A stretch of 64,000 nt of DNA, taken from Bacteriovoracia bacterium (GTDB lineage: Bacteria > Bdellovibrionota > Bacteriovoracia > Bacteriovoracales > Bacteriovoracaceae). Made by a program: the position numbers and the translations under genes. The stretch's first letter is position 1, and the number at the start of each line of letters is the position of its first letter. Positions 58,624 to 64,000 of the stretch are shown in pieces. The stretch lies in the NCBI GenBank assembly GCA_046570105.1, contig JBKHVI010000002.1:10638-74637 (forward strand). Reading direction: 5' to 3'. The notes under the pieces are model-generated. The model was not told the DNA's origin and ran no database searches. It was given only the letters and a program-made list of their open reading frames with translations.

Positions 58624-59813
58624 GGTGAGCCTACCCTAAAGAGTCCGCCAATAATATTCAAGCTGACCATGCCAGTGTTGTAGGATTCTTTGCGCGCTCC
58701 ATACTCTGGTGTTTCATAGGCGGTTGCCAGTGTTGCCAGCGGGGCAAACCAGACGTTTTCTTCAGGCACGTTCATGCTATCGATAAAAACAACTACGACC
58801 CAACGGGCCCCTTCGGAATAAGTTTTCCACAGAGTGGGATCAATTCGACCTAGAAAAAAATCAATCAAATCATTTTGCGAAGTCACTTTGGCGAAGTTGG
58901 TCTTAAATGACTCATTTATGTCTAACTTCTTTGCAATATGATCAAAAACGTTTTCACCTTTTAAAGCGGGAAGAAAAAATTGAATCACATCATTTTCTCG
59001 CCGGATCCCACTCGCAGGAATTTTTTCTAATGGTAGAGCAAGTGCATTACACAAACTTTTTTCAGTCTCAGTCGTATTACACTTGGGCATTCCGATGTAA
59101 TTCTGAATGCCCATCACATTACTTGGAACCGTGTCGACTAATTTTAATTCGCTCACCTTCATCTTAGGAGCGGCACTGGGTTGTTCGACTGGCGCCTGAG
59201 CAACCGTTTCAGGCGGGGCCTCACGTTGAAAATAGTAATAGGCCAAACCACCAATCAGCACTATGAAGGCAATAACTTTGGTATTTCTCATCCGCTGCTG
59301 ATCTTCTTTGCTATTGCTCTCCAAGACCGGCGGACCTTTCTTTCCACGTGGGGCGGTTGCACCGCTCTTTGTCGCTCGGGCCGGTGGTATGTGCTTAATC
59401 GAACCAGTACCGGCCGATTTTTTTTGAACGGCCGCCACCTTAGGTTCCGTTTTTTTAGCCACTGGGGCGGGTGCTTCAGTTAGCGACTTCGACAGCTCAA
59501 ACTTAGGTGCACCTTCTTCATCTGCCAGTAAAGCAACCGTGACAGCATGGCCCAATCTAATCGGGAAGAATGAGTTAAACTCGCTACGTTGACCAGGAAC
59601 GAGACGCGACTCGTCAACGTAGGAGCCATTAGTGCTCCCTTGATCGACCACGAAGAATTGATCATCTTTACCGATTATAAGCAGATGCTTGCGCGAAACA
59701 CCTTCGGCATTCACTTGAATATCACAATCCGCTCCCGAGCCGACCAAAGTTTTCTCTTTAGTCAGACGGTGGATGATGGGTTCGTTGCCTTCAACAGTTA
59801 TCTCAATGCGCAT
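58620..59813 (-). CDS. FHA-domain membrane protein
   Basis: GVSRKH and DQGSTNGS, low-complexity linker, one TM, periplasmic domain. Confidence 0.82.
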   Translation of the reverse strand: MRIEITVEGNEPIIHRLTKEKTLVGSGADCDIQVNAEGVSRKHLLIIGKDDQFFVVDQGSTNGSYVDESRLVPGQRSEFNSFFPIRLGHAVTVALLADEEGAPKFELSKSLTEAPAPVAKKTEPKVAAVQKKSAGTGSIKHIPPARATKSGATAPRGKKGPPVLESNSKEDQQRMRNTKVIAFIVLIGGLAYYYFQREAPPETVAQAPVEQPSAAPKMKVSELKLVDTVPSNVMGIQNYIGMPKCNTTETEKSLCNALALPLEKIPASGIRRENDVIQFFLPALKGENVFDHIAKKLDINESFKTNFAKVTSQNDLIDFFLGRIDPTLWKTYSEGARWVVVVFIDSMNVPEENVWFAPLATLATAYETPEYGARKESYNTGMVSLNIIGGLFRVGSP

Positions 59814-59906
59814 AATTCTTCATTATAGCTTCGCTAGCGTAGAGGTAAACCTTTTTGAGGGCCAAGTGAATAACTGATTAAAAAAAATTAACCGACAATC
59901 ATTCTC

Positions 59907-59935
59907 TTGCAGCCGTAAAATAGTTGCGTTAAAGT
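59907..59935 (+). promoter_or_regulatory. Sigma70-type promoter of the small lipoprotein
   Basis: TTGCAG-N17-TAAAGT. Confidence 0.5.
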
Positions 59936-59980
59936 TAAGCTAACTTACCTAAACGTGGTTATTTTTTAAGGAGACTTACA

Positions 59981-60166
59981 ATGTTCAAATATTCATTGAT
60001 TGCTGTTGCCCTCATTTTCGTAGCTGTTGCTTGCAACAAGAAAGAAGAAGCTGCTGCTCCAGTAGAAGCTGCTCCAGAAGCAGTAGAAGCTGCTCCAGCT
60101 GAAGCTGCTCCAGCAGAAGCTGCTCCGGCAGAAGCTGCTCCAGCAGAAGGCGAAGCTGCTCAATAG
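59981..60166 (+). CDS. Small acidic Ala/Pro/Glu-repeat lipoprotein
   Basis: AVAC lipobox, EAAPA repeats, AAGGGAG SD, own promoter and terminator. Confidence 0.8.
   Translation: MFKYSLIAVALIFVAVACNKKEEAAAPVEAAPEAVEAAPAEAAPAEAAPAEAAPAEGEAAQ
60086..60145 (+). repeat. Coding tandem repeat, 4 x 15 bp (GAAGCTGCTCCRGCW)
   Basis: Four consecutive units encoding EAAPA, with degenerate copies on both sides. Confidence 0.85.
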
Positions 60167-60192
60167 TATTGAGTCGCTATCAAGTTAAAAAT

Positions 60193-60221
60193 AGGGTCAG
60201 CTTCGGCTGGCCCTTTTTTTT
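60193..60221 (+). terminator. Rho-independent terminator
   Basis: AGGGTCAGC-TTCG-GCTGGCCCT followed by a T tract. Confidence 0.88.
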
Positions 60222-60290
60222 ACTCGCCATACCCAAGCGCAGCACTCAGGAATACTCAACTAATTCTCTCGCCTGCCCGATAGAGACTTA

Positions 60291-61094
60291 ATGAGATTCC
60301 TATTCATCTCTCTTCTATTCATTTCTCTTAGTAATTGGGCACAAAGCAGCTCAAAACCCACGTCACAGCAAATTGATGATTGGGAAAAATTTATTCTCAA
60401 AGAACTCACGACTTTACCAGTCATGTCGCAGGAAAAAGAATGGTTCTTGTTAATGAGTGCGGCCCGTGAATTTAAATCTTACAACTACCTCAAAAAATCT
60501 CATGAGTACTATCTCAAAGCATTCAATCACTCTCACAAAGGTGATAAATCAGAAGCCGTCATTGAACTCTTGGCACTTGCTCAAGAACAAAATCAAGATT
60601 TAGCACCTCACTTGAAGCGCGCAGAGGATTGGTTTAAGGCCAATCCCAATTATGCGACAAAAGAAATTAAAAACTGGCTTCGCCTGATGGCAGGACATAC
60701 TAAGGGTGAAACCCCGCTGCAAGACATTCAGGCCTATCATCTCGTGTGGGCGCGTGATCAACGCGTTCAAGAATTGATGAAAGAAAAAAAGTTTCAAGAA
60801 GCTTACCAATTACTAGGTCCACAAAAACTTGCTGAGGCCAATATTAATGACAAAATCCGCTATGATCTACTCGCAAGTTTAGCGATTGGTAAAAAAGCCT
60901 CTCCACCATTGTGGTGTGCCCCTGTTTTAGCTGAGTACTCCACCTCACTGACTTGGAGTATGCGTGTCTGCCGCTATCTTAAGGCCTGGCGTGAAGGAAA
61001 AAAATCAACAGAGACCATTGCCACCATTAAAGAGCAATTTAAAAAAGAAAATCCTGAAAGACTCCATTGGGTGCAAGCCTTGGAGAAACTATGA
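60291..61094 (+). CDS. Secreted helical (TPR-like) hypothetical protein
   Basis: Signal peptide and amphipathic helical pattern. ATGA overlap with the next gene. Confidence 0.6.
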   Translation: MRFLFISLLFISLSNWAQSSSKPTSQQIDDWEKFILKELTTLPVMSQEKEWFLLMSAAREFKSYNYLKKSHEYYLKAFNHSHKGDKSEAVIELLALAQEQNQDLAPHLKRAEDWFKANPNYATKEIKNWLRLMAGHTKGETPLQDIQAYHLVWARDQRVQELMKEKKFQEAYQLLGPQKLAEANINDKIRYDLLASLAIGKKASPPLWCAPVLAEYSTSLTWSMRVCRYLKAWREGKKSTETIATIKEQFKKENPERLHWVQALEKL

Positions 61095-62233
61095 AGCACT
61101 TCCTCGCACTATTCGCGCTATTAGTGTTGCTCGCCGGCTGCGATCAGAATGGTCTGGGGGCCTGGAATGCCACTAAAAACTTTTTTGCCACTCCAGTCAA
61201 TGCGGTGAAGAGCCTTTTTACTAATGCTTCGTATGAAAATAAAAAATCCAGAACGGGTTACAACACAGATCAAGCGGAAGACATTCGCTACTGTGCTGGC
61301 AGTGATGGCTTACCGATTACGGGTGAAAAGTTAACTGAATTAGAACAACTATCAGATCAAGTGATGGCGACCACATGTAAGTGCCAACCATGGGGTGATT
61401 GTCCCACCGGTGTTTGTCCTTGTGAGAGGCAGTGCCCTAATGATTTTAAAATTTTCGAACGTCCCGAGCACAAACCAATACAAAATCTAACAACAGTTGA
61501 AAACGGACTGGCCTTCCGCAACGGATCTACGCCAGGAAATTATGAAGAAACCCAAGGCTATTGCTGGGGACACGCTAACTTGAATTCACAGTTTAACCGC
61601 TTGGCATTTTTTCAACCAGAGAAACAACCTCCACACAATATTCAATCCAGCGATCCCGTGGAGCAACAAAGTGCGATTGATTATTATAAAACTTTGATTG
61701 ATCAGATTAATAATAATGAAGTGGCCGAAATTCCAGGCTTCAAAAACCTTCACCAACTCTCCTCTCATCCGGCCCTGCAATCCTATATTGGAGACAAAGT
61801 GGCAAAGACTTGGGCCAGTAAAGCGATGACGTGGCAAGGTTTAGGCACTGCTCTTTCAAGTAAGCAGCAACTTCATCACACTTATGAACTGTTGTTTGAA
61901 GATATTAAAAGTCGCTTAGATATGAATTTGCAACCAACGATTGTCTTCACTGGCAGAGACTCTCCATTTTACACTCATGCGACATTAGTTTCTCACTATG
62001 AAACAGGCCCTGATGGCAAAATGAAAATCTGCTTACGTGACAACAACTACCCTGAGGACTTCAATCGCTCGTGCAAAAACTCAATGCATCTCGACCCGGT
62101 CAAAGGTCTAATGTATGGCAGTATGGAAGTAGGCGGTGCCAAAATCGCGCACAACGAAAATGCCGACACTCTTGCTCAGGCAGAATCATTGAAGCAGAAA
62201 TGTTTGAATGATCGAGACTGCGGCAATAATTAA
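61091..62233 (+). CDS. Cys-rich lipoprotein with possible papain-like catalytic motifs
   Basis: LLAGC lipobox, GYCWGH, THATLV, LRDNNYP. Confidence 0.55.
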   Translation: MKHFLALFALLVLLAGCDQNGLGAWNATKNFFATPVNAVKSLFTNASYENKKSRTGYNTDQAEDIRYCAGSDGLPITGEKLTELEQLSDQVMATTCKCQPWGDCPTGVCPCERQCPNDFKIFERPEHKPIQNLTTVENGLAFRNGSTPGNYEETQGYCWGHANLNSQFNRLAFFQPEKQPPHNIQSSDPVEQQSAIDYYKTLIDQINNNEVAEIPGFKNLHQLSSHPALQSYIGDKVAKTWASKAMTWQGLGTALSSKQQLHHTYELLFEDIKSRLDMNLQPTIVFTGRDSPFYTHATLVSHYETGPDGKMKICLRDNNYPEDFNRSCKNSMHLDPVKGLMYGSMEVGGAKIAHNENADTLAQAESLKQKCLNDRDCGNN

Positions 62234-62283
62234 CTTGTCCTAAACCCTGCTCACAGACGACAATAGGCCAGAGGGGAGAAGTT

Positions 62284-63315
62284 ATGACTCAAAAAATTAC
62301 TATTCTATTCGGTGGCCGCTCAGAAGAAAGACTTGTTTCAGTCGCTTCTGCCCAAAACTTAGCGGGCCATCTCCCCGATGCTCGTTTGTACTTTTGGTCA
62401 CCCTCAGGTGAGTTACATGAAGTCTCGCCTACTGAACTTGCCCGCCATCAAAATCCTTTTACGACACCATTTGTTGCTCAATCTAAAAGTTTTGCCGGCA
62501 GCCTAGAAGCTGCCGTTGATTTATTTAAAGGTCACACCGTGATCCTGGCGTTACATGGAACGGAAGGCGAAGATGGTTCAGTACAAGCACTTTTAGAAAA
62601 AAATCACATTGCTTTCACTGGTACGGGTGCAAGCGCCAGTCAATTGGCGTTTGATAAAAAACTCACAAAAGAATTAGGTCGCAAAAATCATCTACCGATT
62701 ACTGATGATTTGCTCTTGAGTGATCCTGCTGAAGCTGGGCAAAAGAAATTATTAGAAAGCTTTTTTCAAACTCATCAGCATATTGTTTTAAAGCCGGTTG
62801 CCAATGGCTCAAGTGTTGGCCTGTTTATCATTCACAACCAAGCCGAATTAACCAAAGCCATGAGTGCAATGAAAGTTGAAAGTGGCGCCTACCTCGCCGA
62901 AAGATTTATCACTGGCCGCGAAATCACAGTCGGAGTGATGGATCAACTCAATGGCGAATCAAAAGCACTGCCTTGCTCAGAAGTCCAAGTCGTCCAAGGC
63001 CGCCAATTTGATTATGAAGGTAAATATCTAGGTCAAGGTGTGGTTGAACTCACTCCGGCCCCTATCACTCATGAACAAACCCAAGCGTGTCAGCAGTTAG
63101 CACTCTCGCTTCATCGCCTCGCAGGCTGTTACGGTTATTCACGCACTGATATGATTCTCACAGAGAGAGGTCCAGTACTGCTCGAAATCAATACCCTACC
63201 CGGTCTTTCAAAAGCGTCATTTATCCCTCAGCAACTCACCGCCATGGGTATGAGCTTAAAAGAGTTTTTCGCTCTGCAAATAACGCTAGCCGAAAAACGC
63301 AATCAAAACCGATAA
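62284..63315 (+). CDS. ddl: D-alanine--D-alanine ligase
   Basis: GGRSEERLVS, LHGTEGEDG, KPVANGSSVG, FDYEGKY, EINTLPG. Confidence 0.92.
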   Translation: MTQKITILFGGRSEERLVSVASAQNLAGHLPDARLYFWSPSGELHEVSPTELARHQNPFTTPFVAQSKSFAGSLEAAVDLFKGHTVILALHGTEGEDGSVQALLEKNHIAFTGTGASASQLAFDKKLTKELGRKNHLPITDDLLLSDPAEAGQKKLLESFFQTHQHIVLKPVANGSSVGLFIIHNQAELTKAMSAMKVESGAYLAERFITGREITVGVMDQLNGESKALPCSEVQVVQGRQFDYEGKYLGQGVVELTPAPITHEQTQACQQLALSLHRLAGCYGYSRTDMILTERGPVLLEINTLPGLSKASFIPQQLTAMGMSLKEFFALQITLAEKRNQNR

Positions 63316-63374
63316 ACTGGCCAAACTCCTCACCTTTGCCGCACAATAATCTCCTTTGAGACGAAGGAGAGGTC

Positions 63375-64000
63375 ATGGGACGTAAGTGGAATAACATTAA
63401 AATGAAGAAAGCCGCGCAAGATAAAATGCGCTCGGCCAACTACACTAAAATCTTGCGCGAGATCACCATGGCGGTGAGAAGTGCCGGACCTCTTCCTGAA
63501 TCAAACTTTGGCCTCAAGATTGCTCTCGTAAAAGCTAAAGAAAATAACGTCCCTCGCGACAATATTGAACGCGCTATTAAAAAAGGTTCGGGCGAAGGCG
63601 GCGAGAACTACGAAGAAATTAATTACGAAGGCTATGGTCTAGATGGTGTAGCGATCTTTGTTGAAGCAGCGACTGACAACCCCACTCGTACCATCGGAAA
63701 TATTCGCTCTTACTTCAATCGTTGGGGAGGCGCTGTCGGCACCCAAGGTTGTTTGCAATTTGTGTTTGAACGTAAAGCTGTTTTCACTGTTAAGGCCGAT
63801 GGCCTAGATATTGATGATCTCACCATGAATCTGATTGATGCTGGCTGTGAGGACATCGAATCTGAAGACGGATTCCTCACTATCAAAGGGGCCGTTGAGT
63901 CTTATGGCGAGCTTCATAAAAAACTCGAAGAAATGAAAATTAAAGTTGAAGAATCGGGCCTTGAGCGCTTGCCTCTCAACACCAAAGAAGTCAAAGACCA
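63375..64000 (+). CDS. yebC: YebC/PmpR family protein, 3'-truncated (absent from the ORF track)
   Basis: Hand translation MGRKWNNIK..NIERAIKKG..YEGYG..EAATDNPTRT. AAGGAG SD. Runs off the window end. Confidence 0.9.
   Translation, partial: MGRKWNNIKMKKAAQDKMRSANYTKILREITMAVRSAGPLPESNFGLKIALVKAKENNVPRDNIERAIKKGSGEGGENYEEINYEGYGLDGVAIFVEAATDNPTRTIGNIRSYFNRWGGAVGTQGCLQFVFERKAVFTVKADGLDIDDLTMNLIDAGCEDIESEDGFLTIKGAVESYGELHKKLEEMKIKVEESGLERLPLNTKEVKD

Noticed and set aside
58620..59813. GarA/OdhI-like FHA regulator of the nearby 2-oxoglutarate dehydrogenase
   Set aside because: It is a membrane protein with a large periplasmic domain, the conserved FHA Gly-Arg reads Gly-Ser, and it is separated from sucA by other genes.
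60046..60160. Short direct repeats resembling a CRISPR array
   Set aside because: 15-bp in-frame coding repeats with no spacers and no cas genes.
63308..63315. ACCGATAA as a sigma28 -10 box for yebC
   Set aside because: It coincides with the ddl stop codon and has no -35 match at the right spacing.
347..63439. Numerous 60-145 aa ORFs overlapping longer genes on the opposite strand or in other frames
   Set aside because: Shadow ORFs of well-supported genes, with no motifs or translation signals.

Overview
A gene-dense bacterial chromosomal segment, probably from a Bdellovibrionota (Bacteriovorax/Bdellovibrio-like) organism. That assignment is inferred from the Bd0055-type histone, Cys-rich pilins, a stand-alone RAYT-like transposase and sigma28-type promoters. 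Housekeeping genes: hemF, pyrC, acnA, sucA-sucB-lpdA, ggt, ddl, a partial yebC-family gene and an mltD-like transglycosylase. Main points of interest: (1) a lipid/hydrocarbon locus of about 16 kb split into two convergent arms, combining oleABCD with a dedicated type II FAS set (FabF, ACP, FabG, FabZ, FabI), two CrtI-like FAD oxidoreductases and a membrane desaturase; (2) a fused tandem (doublet) bacterial histone transcribed divergently from it; (3) a kexin-like lipoprotein protease with an apparently separately encoded propeptide/chaperone; (4) a spermidine-synthase-like membrane operon with altered substrate residues next to two Cys-rich pilins; (5) two unexplained structured intergenic elements, a 168-bp TA-flanked inverted-repeat element and an orphan minus-strand terminator suggesting an sRNA; (6) repeated promoter-to-ATG spacing suggesting many leaderless mRNAs. 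I found no rRNA, tRNA or CRISPR array. All calls come from motif recognition by eye, and no database searches were run.
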